Of a stretch of DNA of 64,000 bases, positions 1 to 9,543 are shown one piece after another (positions within the stretch are counted from its first letter, which is position 1; each line of letters starts with the position of its first letter). The translations under genes and the position numbers were made by a program. The notes beneath the pieces are model-generated. The model had not been told where the DNA came from. It searched no databases and worked only from the letters and a program-made list of their open reading frames with translations. Source of the stretch: a virus; the IMG/VR virus record IMGVR_UViG_3300044611_001420; one strand, 5' to 3'.

Positions 1-564
1 GACTTTGCTGATGTAAGAATCGCAAGAATGATTGCTTCTGGTGTTCCCAAAGAAGTTGCAATCGCAAAGGTTAAAGGAAAACCATATAATGAAGAGTTTG
101 AACTTGATGAAGCAACTGCAATGGCTAAGAGAGGCCACGATGAGACAGCAATCCGTAATAGAATTGCAAAATCAACAGGTGGTGGAGAGGCAGCAGATAG
201 AGCAACTGAATTAGAAAACAGACCAACTTATGGTCGAAGAGGTGTAAATCCAACAGCAAGACAAAATCTTGCTAGAGCACAAAGAGGTGATTTCCGTAGA
301 ACAACTTCTTCTGATTATGGTCTTCGTGGATATGCTCACAAGTCTGATGACCCTGCCGTAAAAGCAAAGCAGGCAGCAAGAGGAGCACAAAGAGGTGCTC
401 TGACTCCTAGAGAGAAAAAGCAACTCAATAGAGAGGCATATGAAGCATACGAATTTGTAGCATCATATCTTCTTGAAAACAACTTTGCTTCAACAGTTGA
501 AAACGCAAACGTAATCATCAGTAATATGAGTGAAGGTTGGTTTAATCAAATTATGGAAGGTTGA
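1..564 (+). CDS. Cassette-family basic protein, 5'-truncated by the window (putative head-internal protein)
   Basis: Frame is open from position 1. C-terminus YEFVASYLLENNFASTVENANVIISNMSEGWFNQIMEG aligns with the conserved C-termini of 25465..25836 and 32096..32506. Confidence 0.7.
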   Translation, partial: DFADVRIARMIASGVPKEVAIAKVKGKPYNEEFELDEATAMAKRGHDETAIRNRIAKSTGGGEAADRATELENRPTYGRRGVNPTARQNLARAQRGDFRRTTSSDYGLRGYAHKSDDPAVKAKQAARGAQRGALTPREKKQLNREAYEAYEFVASYLLENNFASTVENANVIISNMSEGWFNQIMEG

Positions 565-583
565 TATAATATTACAGTTCATT

Positions 584-620
584 AAAGCACCTTGACAGGT
601 GCTTTTTTTGTGACTATAAT
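584..620 (+). promoter_or_regulatory. Intrinsic terminator with embedded sigma70-type promoter
   Basis: Hairpin AAAGCACCT-TGAC-AGGTGCTTT plus T-run; TTGACA(592-597)-17 bp-TATAAT(615-620). Confidence 0.75.
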
Positions 621-651
621 CACTCTGTTGGGGTTGAAGATAAGTTATACC

Positions 652-659
652 TATAAATA
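652..659 (+). promoter_or_regulatory. T4-type late promoter TATAAATA
   Basis: Exact gp55 consensus 25 nt upstream of ATG 684. Other exact copies at 3851, 24772, 25438, 30340, 32069, 32554, 38198, 38494, 58231 and on the minus strand at 49121-49128. Confidence 0.75.
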
Positions 660-683
660 ACTTGAATATTATTAGGAACCCGA

Positions 684-1130
684 ATGAGTTATGAAAACCC
701 TTGGAGATATCAAGGAAGGATATTTGAATCAGAAGATATTCAAGATTATTTTGGGTTTGTTTATTTAATTGAATGTTCTCAAACTAACAGAAAATATTTG
801 GGTAGAAAATACTTTTGGTCTTTTAGAACTCCCAAAGGAAAGAAAAGAAAAGTAAAACAAGAATCAGATTGGAAAAATTATTATGGTTCTTGTCCTGAGT
901 TAAAAGAAGATATTAAAAAGATAGGAAAGGATAAGTTTCAAAGAACTATTTTATCACTTCATAAAACTGTTGGTAAAACCAACTATGAAGAAACAAGGCA
1001 ATTGTTCTTAAACAATGTCTTAACTGAGTCTCTTGACAATGGTACTCCTGTCTACTATAATTCAAATATACTTTCAAGATACTTTAGGAAGGATTACTTC
1101 AATGAAGATTCATGCCAAGAAAATGTGTAA
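684..1130 (+). CDS. denA: GIY-YIG endonuclease, T4 endonuclease II-like
   Basis: GFVYLI...YLGRK, W..YYGS and YYN.NI motifs; 148 aa. Confidence 0.7.
   Translation: MSYENPWRYQGRIFESEDIQDYFGFVYLIECSQTNRKYLGRKYFWSFRTPKGKKRKVKQESDWKNYYGSCPELKEDIKKIGKDKFQRTILSLHKTVGKTNYEETRQLFLNNVLTESLDNGTPVYYNSNILSRYFRKDYFNEDSCQENV
1033..1061 (+). promoter_or_regulatory. Sigma70-type early promoter inside denA
   Basis: TTGACA-17 bp-TATAAT, exact consensus. Confidence 0.6.
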
Positions 1131-1299
1131 TGATGTGATTGATAATCATATTAACCGTATGCATTTTTTGTGTGATGAAAAAAGAATTAGAGATGCTGAA
1201 AGTGTCTATAGTGAAATTCGTGATTGGGTAATTCAAAAAGAAAATCTTGAAGTGTTATCTTTAGAATATATCAGTGATTATTTTGTAGATTTTGAGTAA
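1102..1299 (+). CDS. Hypothetical protein
   Basis: ATG at 1102 downstream of the internal promoter; 65 aa. Confidence 0.55.
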   Translation: MKIHAKKMCNDVIDNHINRMHFLCDEKRIRDAESVYSEIRDWVIQKENLEVLSLEYISDYFVDFE

Positions 1300-1384
1300 A
1301 ATCTAAATAATCTGATATAATGAAAAAATCCTTAAGGATTCCTATTATGAGTAGGTTTTTATAAAATGAGTTTTTGACTGTGAA

Positions 1385-1456
1385 AATTAGAGCCGTGGAA
1401 GGTGCCTCCCGAGAGGGTTGGTGTACCCCCCTTCTATACGGATGTAGAGTTCAATT
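1385..1456 (+). ncRNA. Putative structured cis-regulatory RNA in the lysozyme leader
   Basis: GC-rich nested stems (CCGTGGAAGG / CCTTCTATACGG; CCC-GAGA-GGG with GNRA loop) in an AT-rich intergenic region. Confidence 0.4.
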
Positions 1457-1463
1457 AATTTAA

Positions 1464-2111
1464 ATGCAAAACATCTTTACTGTAGCCCTGCCTCTTCTGG
1501 CATCGGTTACAACCAGTACGGCATCACTGCCATTCGTCAACTACAAGATGAAAAGTCCTCCTCCCCCGTTGGAAGAGACAATTAAATTGAATCTTGTAGA
1601 TGAAAAGAAGACAGCAATCCGAGAGGTTGCTCCCGAAAAACCAAAAGAGAAAAGGCTAATTTGTAAAGGGTGTTCAGAACATGAACAACTTGCTGTGGAT
1701 TATTTCCAAGAGCAAGGAATTAAAGACAGAAACGCCCTTGCTACTATCCTGGGCAATATTAAGCAAGAATCTATGTTCGTGCCTAATATTTGTGAAGGTG
1801 GTAGTAGGACTCAGTACCATCACTGCGGTCGTGGTTATGGTCTGATCCAATGGACATCTGCCGATCGTTATTATGGATTGGGTGATTTTGCTAAGAGATT
1901 TGGTGGAAATCCATCATCTCTTCAAACGCAACTTGGTTATCTAACGACTGAGGTTCAGTGGAAACGAATTGCTGATAGGATGAAAACTCCTGGAAAATCT
2001 ATCAATCGTTACATGGACTATGCGTATAGTTGGATTGGTTGGGGCATTCATGGTGCTCGCACATCATATGCTCATGAATATGCTAACCGACTGATCACGG
2101 TAGAAGTTTGA
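1464..2111 (+). CDS. Phage tail-tip lysozyme-like (Phage_lysozyme2) protein with N-terminal signal-like segment
   Basis: ALATILGNIKQES, GYGLIQWT, QLGYL and R..YA motifs; hydrophobic N-terminus. Confidence 0.75.
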   Translation: MQNIFTVALPLLASVTTSTASLPFVNYKMKSPPPPLEETIKLNLVDEKKTAIREVAPEKPKEKRLICKGCSEHEQLAVDYFQEQGIKDRNALATILGNIKQESMFVPNICEGGSRTQYHHCGRGYGLIQWTSADRYYGLGDFAKRFGGNPSSLQTQLGYLTTEVQWKRIADRMKTPGKSINRYMDYAYSWIGWGIHGARTSYAHEYANRLITVEV

Positions 2112-2127
2112 CACAATAGAATAATAT

Positions 2128-2150
2128 GGGGGGTCAATATAAATCCCCCC
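2128..2150 (+). terminator. Hairpin, probable terminator
   Basis: GGGGGG...CCCCCC stem after the lysozyme stop. Confidence 0.45.
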
Positions 2151-2151
2151 T

Positions 2152-2224
2152 CTTAAACAAATTTTAATTGACATAATACCAAAGTTGATTTATGATGTTG
2201 GTCATCTTAAGATTTGCTTAAGAC
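2152..2224 (+). promoter_or_regulatory. Porin promoter with 11-bp-spaced YTTAA direct repeats (Pho-box-like)
   Basis: TTGACA(2168)-17 bp-TATGAT(2191); CTTAAACA/TTTAATTG at 2152/2163 and CTTAAGA twice at 2206/2217. Confidence 0.5.
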
Positions 2225-2293
2225 GCATAAATAACGAAGATTTGCTTTGTTGTAAATCTTCACAATGTCGTTTAGTACACAAAAAACATTTTT

Positions 2294-3793
2294 ATGAAAA
2301 TCAAACAACTGATGCTTGCACCTGTTGCTCTTGGTATGGTTGCTCCTGCTGTTGCGAATGCCGCAGATCTTAATATGGCAGCAGTCAATCAATATTCCAG
2401 TTCAGAACAAGTCTCAAGTATCACTCAATTGTCTGATGTAAAGCCTACTGATTGGGCATATCAGGCACTCAGCAATCTTGTCGAACGTTACGGTTGCGTT
2501 GCTGGTTATGAAAACGGAACTTACCTTGGTGGTAAGGCAATGACCCGGTTTGAGGCAGCAGCACTTCTGAATGCTTGTCTGGATCGTGTAACTGAAGTTA
2601 CCGATGAACTCAGTCGTCTTTCGAAAGAGTTTGCTGATGAACTACTTGTCATTCGTGGTCGTGTTGCCAAACTAGAAACACAGGTTGGTCAACTTCAGGC
2701 AACTCAGTTTTCTACTACTACCAAACTCAAAGGTGAAGCAACCTTTGTTCTTGGTGGTGTAGAAGGTGCTCGTCTTGCTAATGGAACCAATGTTGGAAAT
2801 ACTGCATTCAACTATGATGTTCGTCTAAACTTTGATACTTCCTTCACTGGTAAGGATTTGCTGAAGACTCGTCTGCGTTCTGGCAACTTCTCTTCACAAC
2901 CTTTTGGTTCTTCTTCTTCTCTGTTCAAACTGGACAAGGCAGAAAGTCTTGCAAATGCAGTGCAACTTGACCGTCTTTACTACAGTTTCCCCGCACTTGC
3001 TAAAGGTGTGACTCTGACTGCCGGTGCTCTGGTTCGTAACACTGAGATGGCATGGACTCCTAGTGCTTACAAGTCTGATATTCTGGACTTCTTTGCTGTT
3101 GCTGGTGCTCCTGGTGTCTATAACAAGGCAACTGGTTCTGGTTTTGGTATTCAGTATGCTCAACCTGGTAAGAAGGGTGGTATTGTTGCTGGTCTGAACT
3201 ATGTTGCTCAGAATGGTAATGATAGTTCCAAGGGTCAATTTGATGAGACTGGTGCTCTGAACACTCTTGCTCAGATTGGTTATCGTGCTCCTCAGTATGG
3301 TATTGCATTTGGTTATCGTTATGGAACCGAAGGCACTCGTGTTCGTACCTTCAATGCTATTAACGGTGGTTCTGGTGCTCTTGCTTCTGGTCAATCTTCC
3401 AACAGCTATGCTATCAATGCTTACTGGCAACCTAAGAAGTCTGGTATTGTACCTTCAATCTCAGGTGCTTATGGTTGGAATGATGTTAGCCTGAATTCTC
3501 TTGGTAAGACAACTCCTACTGGTGCTACCAACTCCCAGACCTGGTTTGCTGGTCTTCAGTGGAGTGATGTGTTTGCTAAGGGAAATGCTGCTGGTTTTGC
3601 CATCGGTGCTCCTGGTAATGCTGCTTCACTTACTGATAGTCAGAAGGCTCTGATGTGGGAAGCTTTCTATCGTTACAAAGTCAGCGATAACATTAGCATC
3701 ACTCCTGCTGTGTTTTATGTTTCCAACAATCAAGGACTCAAGAATGCTTCAGATAACTATGGTGGTGTGATTCAGACGACTTTTAGGTTTTGA
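2294..3793 (+). CDS. som: Cyanobacterial outer-membrane porin (SLH domain + OprB-type barrel, Som family)
   Basis: Signal peptide; SLH motif SDVKPTDWAYQAL..LVERYGC; QFSTTTKLKGEA; C-terminal TTFRF. Confidence 0.93.
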   Translation: MKIKQLMLAPVALGMVAPAVANAADLNMAAVNQYSSSEQVSSITQLSDVKPTDWAYQALSNLVERYGCVAGYENGTYLGGKAMTRFEAAALLNACLDRVTEVTDELSRLSKEFADELLVIRGRVAKLETQVGQLQATQFSTTTKLKGEATFVLGGVEGARLANGTNVGNTAFNYDVRLNFDTSFTGKDLLKTRLRSGNFSSQPFGSSSSLFKLDKAESLANAVQLDRLYYSFPALAKGVTLTAGALVRNTEMAWTPSAYKSDILDFFAVAGAPGVYNKATGSGFGIQYAQPGKKGGIVAGLNYVAQNGNDSSKGQFDETGALNTLAQIGYRAPQYGIAFGYRYGTEGTRVRTFNAINGGSGALASGQSSNSYAINAYWQPKKSGIVPSISGAYGWNDVSLNSLGKTTPTGATNSQTWFAGLQWSDVFAKGNAAGFAIGAPGNAASLTDSQKALMWEAFYRYKVSDNISITPAVFYVSNNQGLKNASDNYGGVIQTTFRF

Positions 3794-3815
3794 TAAGTAC
3801 TCATAAGATGATTGG

Positions 3816-3844
3816 AACCACCCCTTTCTGGGGTGGTTTTTTTT
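3816..3844 (+). terminator. Rho-independent terminator
   Basis: AACCACCCC-TTTCT-GGGGTGGTT plus T-run. Confidence 0.85.
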
Positions 3845-3895
3845 AACTAGTATAAATAAGTAAAATATTTTGAAATTTATTTATAGGATTGGAAT

Positions 3896-4153
3896 ATGGA
3901 AAATATAAAAATTAGATGTCGTTCTTGTGGAAAAGAATTGGAAGGGCATCCAATAAAAACTATAACTTGTGGTTGTCCAAATATGGCAACTATTCGTGGT
4001 GGAGTCATTACAGCATTAGATTTATCTAATATAGTAATGCTGAATTTTTTTCACACCAAAGAAAAAAATAATGTATTGACAAATGAAGACATTGCTTGGC
4101 AAGAAGCACGTCGTCAAAGGAAAGTAGGACGATTGGATTTTGAAGTTCGTTGA
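3896..4153 (+). CDS. Small Cys-rich (CxxC...CxC) hypothetical protein
   Basis: CRSC and CGC motifs; late promoter at 3851. Confidence 0.7.
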   Translation: MENIKIRCRSCGKELEGHPIKTITCGCPNMATIRGGVITALDLSNIVMLNFFHTKEKNNVLTNEDIAWQEARRQRKVGRLDFEVR

Positions 4154-4162
4154 TATAAGTTT

Positions 4163-4178
4163 TGTAAAATACTTTACA
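4163..4178. promoter_or_regulatory. Candidate NtcA box
   Basis: Exact TGTA-N8-TACA, intergenic, upstream of TTGACA at 4213. Confidence 0.3.
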
Positions 4179-4267
4179 TTTTTTTAATGTCTGTTTGGTA
4201 ATCAACACAAACTTGACAACCATAATGTGCTGCTTATTATAACTAATAATATTCAACTTAAAACCCT

Positions 4268-4417
4268 ATGGATCAGCACACCTATGATAATTGGGTGAAG
4301 ATTAAGGCAACTTTTGAATCTTCTGGCAATACTGACAATATGTTCTACAAGAGGGCAGTTGAAATTATAAAGACCAGAAGAGATCCTCTGGCAAAGTTTC
4401 TTGGTGATGAAAAATGA
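4268..4417 (+). CDS. Small hypothetical protein (MDQHTYDNWVKIK..., 49 aa)
   Basis: Translated by hand; stop overlaps next ATG. Confidence 0.65.
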   Translation: MDQHTYDNWVKIKATFESSGNTDNMFYKRAVEIIKTRRDPLAKFLGDEK

Positions 4418-4617
4418 TGTATGAGCAAGAAGAGTTTATTACACGCACAGAAGTTCAGGAGATGATCGATGCTTCTATACGAAGACACAACCGTAATGCT
4501 TCTATCATTAGTATGTGCGTCGGTTGGGTGGTTCTTGCTCTATTTGCTGAGGGACTTTTAAGGTTGGTTGAAGTTATTCCACCTTTACTTCCATTTCTTA
4601 AAATTACTCTAAACTAA
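4414..4617 (+). CDS. Small membrane protein
   Basis: One hydrophobic helix; coupled to the upstream ORF. Confidence 0.65.
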   Translation: MMYEQEEFITRTEVQEMIDASIRRHNRNASIISMCVGWVVLALFAEGLLRLVEVIPPLLPFLKITLN

Positions 4618-4626
4618 TCTTTTTAT

Positions 4627-4850
4627 ATGGAAAAAGAAAATATGAGTAGCACAATATTTTCAGCAATGATTATTTTTGGTATAATCGGACTATTCATTGT
4701 TTGGGCACTCAATCACGCATATCCACAATGATTTTTCATATCATAGAAGCACTTGCTGCAAGTCCAATATGGTTAGGACTTTGTGGAGCAGGTTTGACTA
4801 TTGCTCCGATTATTGGTATAATGATAATTCATAGATCACCTAAAAAGTAA
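4627..4850 (+). CDS. Two coupled membrane micro-ORFs (4627-4731, 34 aa; 4728-4850, 40 aa)
   Basis: Translated by hand; each has a hydrophobic stretch; ATGA overlap. Confidence 0.5.
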
Positions 4851-4860
4851 TATTTTTTTC

Positions 4861-5862
4861 ATGAAAATAGCATTAATCACTGGCATTACTGGGCAGGATG
4901 GTTCTTATCTTGCTGAATTACTTTTAGGAAAAGGATATGAAGTTCATGGCATTATTAGGAGGTCTTCTCTTATTAATACTCATAGAATTGATCATATTTA
5001 CAACAGCATTAAACTACATTACGGAGACCTCACCGACTCTACTAACTTAGTAAGAGTTATTCAGCAGGTTCAACCTGATGAAATTTACAATCTTGGTGCT
5101 CAGAGTCATGTAAAGGTTTCTTTTGAGATGCCTGAGTATACAGGACAAACAGATGCATTGGGAACACTCCGTGTTCTTGAAGCAGTTCGTTTGCTTGGAA
5201 TGGAAGGTAATGTTCGTATCTATCAAGCATCCACCTCAGAGATGTTTGGGATGGTTCAAGAGATTCCACAGAAAGAAACCACACCATTCTATCCTCGTTC
5301 TCCTTATGGGTGTGCTAAGGTTTATGGGTATTGGATTACTAAAAATTATCGTGAGGCATATGAAATGTATGCTTGCACGGGGATTCTTTTTAATCATGAA
5401 TCTCCTCGCAGGGGTGAGACATTTGTTACAAGAAAAATTGTAAAAGCATTATCTAAAATTTCTGTCGGACTTCAAGATTGTTTATATCTTGGTAATTTAA
5501 ATGCTAAAAGAGATTGGGGACATGCAAAAGATTTTGTGGAAGCAATGTGGTTAATGCTTCAGCAAGATAACCCTGATGATTATGTAATTGCAACAGGGAA
5601 ACAATATTCAGTTAAAGAATTTGTAAATGCTGCCGGTCCTTATTTTGGTCTTCATATTGAATGGAAAGGTGAAGGATTGGATGAAGTTGGAGTTGAAAAG
5701 TTTAGTGGAAAACCAATCATTCGTGTTGATTCTAAATATTTTAGACCGACTGAAGTAGAGACTTTATTGGGTGATGCTACAAAAGCAAAGGAAAAATTAG
5801 GTTGGGAACCTAAAATTTCTTTTGAGCAATTAGTTGAGGATATGTGTATTCATGGACAGTAA
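4861..5862 (+). CDS. gmd: GDP-mannose 4,6-dehydratase
   Basis: [25 protein letters not shown], YxxxK (YGCAK), [15 protein letters not shown]. Confidence 0.97.
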   Translation: MKIALITGITGQDGSYLAELLLGKGYEVHGIIRRSSLINTHRIDHIYNSIKLHYGDLTDSTNLVRVIQQVQPDEIYNLGAQSHVKVSFEMPEYTGQTDALGTLRVLEAVRLLGMEGNVRIYQASTSEMFGMVQEIPQKETTPFYPRSPYGCAKVYGYWITKNYREAYEMYACTGILFNHESPRRGETFVTRKIVKALSKISVGLQDCLYLGNLNAKRDWGHAKDFVEAMWLMLQQDNPDDYVIATGKQYSVKEFVNAAGPYFGLHIEWKGEGLDEVGVEKFSGKPIIRVDSKYFRPTEVETLLGDATKAKEKLGWEPKISFEQLVEDMCIHGQ

Positions 5863-6649
5863 TTTTCCAAACATTTATTGTGCAAGTTTAAAAGAAAGCA
5901 AAGACCGTCAAGAAAATATCAAAAGACAATTTTTAGAAAATAATATTCAATCATTTCAATTTCTTTTATCAGATAGATTTGAAAATACAAATGATATAAT
6001 TGAAGGTTCTAAAGTATTTTATCTTGATGATGGAACAAAGGGAGCAATAACTTCACATCTTAGAATGATAAATTATTGGTATAATAATACTAATGAACCT
6101 TATGGTTTCTTTTGTGAAGATGATCTGAGTTTAGAAACTATTCAATATTGGAATTTTACTTGGGAAGAATTTATTGAAAATCTACCAAAAGATTGGGATT
6201 GTATTCAATTAATGTGTGCAAGTGAAAATTCTGATGATATTAGATTGAGAAGAAGAACTTGGGATGATTTTTCTGTTGGTGCTTATATTGTCACAAGAAG
6301 GTTTGCAAAAGTTTTAATTGATACTTTTATAAAAGAAGATAAATTTCTTTTGGAGTTTCCGAATAATAATGATTGGGTTCCTTTGGCAGAACATTTGATT
6401 TATTATTCACCAAAAAGTGTTGTAGATAGTCAAAATTTAGAATATAATGTTTATGTTCTTCCTTTATTCGTAGAAGAAATAAAATTTACTACTACGTTTT
6501 TTTATAGAAAATCAAAATATTGGGGAGAAGATACTGGACTATATAAAGAAACACATAAAGGTCATCATATTGATTCTTATCATAAAGTTTTAAATTGGTG
6601 GAAAAATGTGGGAAAAAATTTATCTTTGAATGAAATATTAAATAAATGA
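5852..6649 (+). CDS. Glycosyltransferase, GT25-like
   Basis: [30 protein letters not shown]. Confidence 0.7.
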   Translation: MDSNFPNIYCASLKESKDRQENIKRQFLENNIQSFQFLLSDRFENTNDIIEGSKVFYLDDGTKGAITSHLRMINYWYNNTNEPYGFFCEDDLSLETIQYWNFTWEEFIENLPKDWDCIQLMCASENSDDIRLRRRTWDDFSVGAYIVTRRFAKVLIDTFIKEDKFLLEFPNNNDWVPLAEHLIYYSPKSVVDSQNLEYNVYVLPLFVEEIKFTTTFFYRKSKYWGEDTGLYKETHKGHHIDSYHKVLNWWKNVGKNLSLNEILNK

Positions 6650-7311
6650 AATTTTTAACATTCTTGAATAGTGGATGCATAGACATTTGCAAAAATATGT
6701 TAATTTCTGCAGAAAGAGTAGGAATTGATGTAAATGATTTTTATATTGCTTGCTTAGACAATAATGCATATGAAAATCTAAATGAATATAAAAATGCTTT
6801 TCTTTATGTTGACCAACCAGTAGTTGAATATCAAAATTGGACTTTTGATGAAAATAGTGGTTTTAGAAATATTGTAAAAAATAAATGGAGCATTATTCAA
6901 AAAATTTATCAAGAACACAAAAACTTATGTTGGGTTGATACTGATATTGTATTTGTTGAAAATCCGACTGAATATATCTCAGGACACGAAGAAGTTCTTT
7001 TTCAGGGAGATTCTCCTGGATCTACTTTGTGTTCTGGATTTATGGTTTTCAATGAAAGTAAAGAATGTGAACAGATGATAAACGATTGTGCTTCTTCTGA
7101 GGGGCAGGACGATCAACTAATTATTAATGATGTAGCAATTAACAAATATCCAGAAAATATTGCTATCCTAAATCGTGACTTGTTTCCAAATGGATATGCA
7201 TATTATACTGAAGGAAAAAAGAAAAATGCTTTTATTGTTCATAATAATTGGATGGTTGGTGTAGGCACTAAAATTGAAAAGTTTAAGGAGGAAAAATTAT
7301 GGTACTTATGA
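6646..7311 (+). CDS. Nucleotide-diphospho-sugar transferase (GT77-like)
   Basis: WVDTDIVF..NP, CSGFM, DDQ, FPNG, HNNW..G...K. Confidence 0.8.
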   Translation: MKFLTFLNSGCIDICKNMLISAERVGIDVNDFYIACLDNNAYENLNEYKNAFLYVDQPVVEYQNWTFDENSGFRNIVKNKWSIIQKIYQEHKNLCWVDTDIVFVENPTEYISGHEEVLFQGDSPGSTLCSGFMVFNESKECEQMINDCASSEGQDDQLIINDVAINKYPENIAILNRDLFPNGYAYYTEGKKKNAFIVHNNWMVGVGTKIEKFKEEKLWYL

Positions 7312-8162
7312 AAAATGATGCATTAAGACCTGCATCAATATCACCCACATATCCCCCTTATCATACTGGAGAATATCTTGAGGAATATTTCTTTAAAAGA
7401 TGGAATGAGGAAAATATTCAATCGGATAGAGAATATATTGATGTCTTCTGGACTAATAATTTCTGCAATTCAATGTTTGCAGGACAACAGTATAGAAATA
7501 TTCAAGAAGAGTTGGATAATGTGTTAGATTCGGATGGAAAATATTTCACGGTATCGCAATTTGATGATGGACCTTTTGAAAAATTTCCAAAAGATACTTT
7601 AATTTTCTCTGCTGGTGGGAATCGTGAAGGTGATAATATTATCCCAATTCCTTTGATTTGTAGTTCAATCCCAAAAGAATGGATTCCAAATAAAGAAAAA
7701 ACCATCTTTGCTTCTTTTGTTGGGTCACGAGATACTCATCCGATTCGTATGGATATGTGTAAGCATCTAAGTGGCAAAAATGGATATGAAATTACTGCAG
7801 GAAACTGGTCTACAACAGTCCCTATGGATAATTTCAAAAAGTTTATTGACATCACTTGTTCAAGTAAATTTGGACTTGCTCCAAGAGGGTATGGGAAAAG
7901 TAGTTTTAGACTTTATGAAATTCTTCAACTGGGAACTGTTCCTGTTTATGTTTCTAATGAACATTATATTCCTTGGTTGGATGAATTGGATTGGAATGAT
8001 TTTTGTATTCCTATAAATGAAGATGAGATTGAAGATATTGATACTATACTAAAATCAATAGATGATGTAGAATATAAAAAACTTCTTGAGAATGGTAAAA
8101 AAGTTTATGAGGAGTATTTTTCTTTAGAGGGAATGTTTCAAAATATTATAAAAAGATTATGA
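7299..8162 (+). CDS. Exostosin-family glycosyltransferase (GT47)
   Basis: SKFGLAPRGYG..SFRLYE.L.LG.VPV. Confidence 0.8.
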   Translation: MVLMKNDALRPASISPTYPPYHTGEYLEEYFFKRWNEENIQSDREYIDVFWTNNFCNSMFAGQQYRNIQEELDNVLDSDGKYFTVSQFDDGPFEKFPKDTLIFSAGGNREGDNIIPIPLICSSIPKEWIPNKEKTIFASFVGSRDTHPIRMDMCKHLSGKNGYEITAGNWSTTVPMDNFKKFIDITCSSKFGLAPRGYGKSSFRLYEILQLGTVPVYVSNEHYIPWLDELDWNDFCIPINEDEIEDIDTILKSIDDVEYKKLLENGKKVYEEYFSLEGMFQNIIKRL

Positions 8163-9541
8163 TACCTAAAAATATATTTCAATCATGGATAACTAAAGAT
8201 CTTCATCCAGAAATACAAAAAAAAGTTAATTTAATAAAAGAGTTGAATCCTGAATATAATTATCAACTCTATACTGATTCGGAAATTGATGAATTTGTAA
8301 ATACTTTTTATCCAGGAGAAGTATCAGAATGTTTTAATAGATTGAATATTTCCGTAGCAAAAGTTGATTTTTGGAGATATTTGGTTCTTTACAAATATGG
8401 TGGGATATATCTTGACTTGGATTCATCTATTAATGTTTCTTTGAATGAACTTATAAATGAAAATGATAGTGCGATTATCACAGCAGAAACTAATCCAAAT
8501 ACTTTCGTTCAGTGGGCTTTGATTTTTGATAGAGAGCATCCAATTTTAAATAAAGTTATTGAATTAATTCTTGATAATATTCAAAATAATTCATATCCAA
8601 ATGACATATTGCAAATGACAGGACCTCAAGTTTATTCTAAAGCAATATTTGAAGTTCATTATGAAGTATTTGGAAAAGAATTAAATTTTAAAGATATAAA
8701 CCAAACCACCGATATTACATTAGCTAAAAATTCTTGTTCTTATAGGATTTATGGAGTTGATTATAATAATAAATTTACTTTTAAGTTTCCAGAAAGTGAG
8801 TATCTTTATTTTGAAAAAGAACCTTGGAGAAATGAAATAGCAAAAAAAGAACTTTTACATCCAAAGTTAAATGTTGATAATGTTTATGTTTGTCATTATA
8901 AAAAATTAGAGGAAAGAAAAAAATCTATTCTAGAACAATTTAAAGAAGAAAAAATTTATAGATATGAATTCGTAGAAAATTTTGATAAAACTAAATGGGA
9001 TGTTAGAGAAATAGAAAGGGAATATCCCAAAGTGTTCAAAGATTGGAAAAAAGGATTAGATTCTTATGATGATGATGCTCAAAATTCTGAAAGATCATTA
9101 GCATTAAAACATGCATTTATTCTAAAAGATATATTTAAAAAACAGCATCAAACAACTTTAATTTTGGAAGATGATATTATTTTGTGTGATAATTTTGTAA
9201 ATTATTGCAATCATTTTATATCTCAACTTCCAGATGATTGGGATATTGCTTGGGTTGGATCTTGTTTAAATTTGCATGAACCGAGTGTTGATGGTAAATA
9301 TGTTTATAAAACAAATAGAGGATCTAGATGCACTCACGCATTTTTAGTCAGTGCATCTATGGTAAATAAGGTAATAGATTGTATATCTGATATTAATCTA
9401 CCTTCGGATCATTTTTATAATTATTTGATTAAAAAATTCAACTTAAATAATTATTGGTTTGAACCTTCTTTGGCTAACCAGAGTTTAGGATACAAATCGG
9501 AAATATCTGGAAATTATTGGAACGAATCTATTGTGGGGTAA
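8159..9541 (+). CDS. Fused GT32 (OCH1-like DXD) + GT25-like glycosyltransferase
   Basis: MIPKNIFQSW, DFWRYLVLYKYGGIYLDLD, TGP; second domain LILEDD, LPDDWDI. Confidence 0.85.
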   Translation: MIPKNIFQSWITKDLHPEIQKKVNLIKELNPEYNYQLYTDSEIDEFVNTFYPGEVSECFNRLNISVAKVDFWRYLVLYKYGGIYLDLDSSINVSLNELINENDSAIITAETNPNTFVQWALIFDREHPILNKVIELILDNIQNNSYPNDILQMTGPQVYSKAIFEVHYEVFGKELNFKDINQTTDITLAKNSCSYRIYGVDYNNKFTFKFPESEYLYFEKEPWRNEIAKKELLHPKLNVDNVYVCHYKKLEERKKSILEQFKEEKIYRYEFVENFDKTKWDVREIEREYPKVFKDWKKGLDSYDDDAQNSERSLALKHAFILKDIFKKQHQTTLILEDDIILCDNFVNYCNHFISQLPDDWDIAWVGSCLNLHEPSVDGKYVYKTNRGSRCTHAFLVSASMVNKVIDCISDINLPSDHFYNYLIKKFNLNNYWFEPSLANQSLGYKSEISGNYWNESIVG

Positions 9542-9543
9542 TT

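Noticed and set aside
2894-3430. Long antisense or alternate-frame ORFs (also 15583-16029, 30738-30992, 31021-31455, 37210-37653, 40006-40659)
   Set aside because: Shadows of well-supported genes with biased codon use; no motifs or RBS
3800-4860. tRNA genes in this and other intergenic gaps
   Set aside because: No cloverleaf with T-loop GTTCRA and acceptor stem found by eye; tRNAscan-SE would confirm
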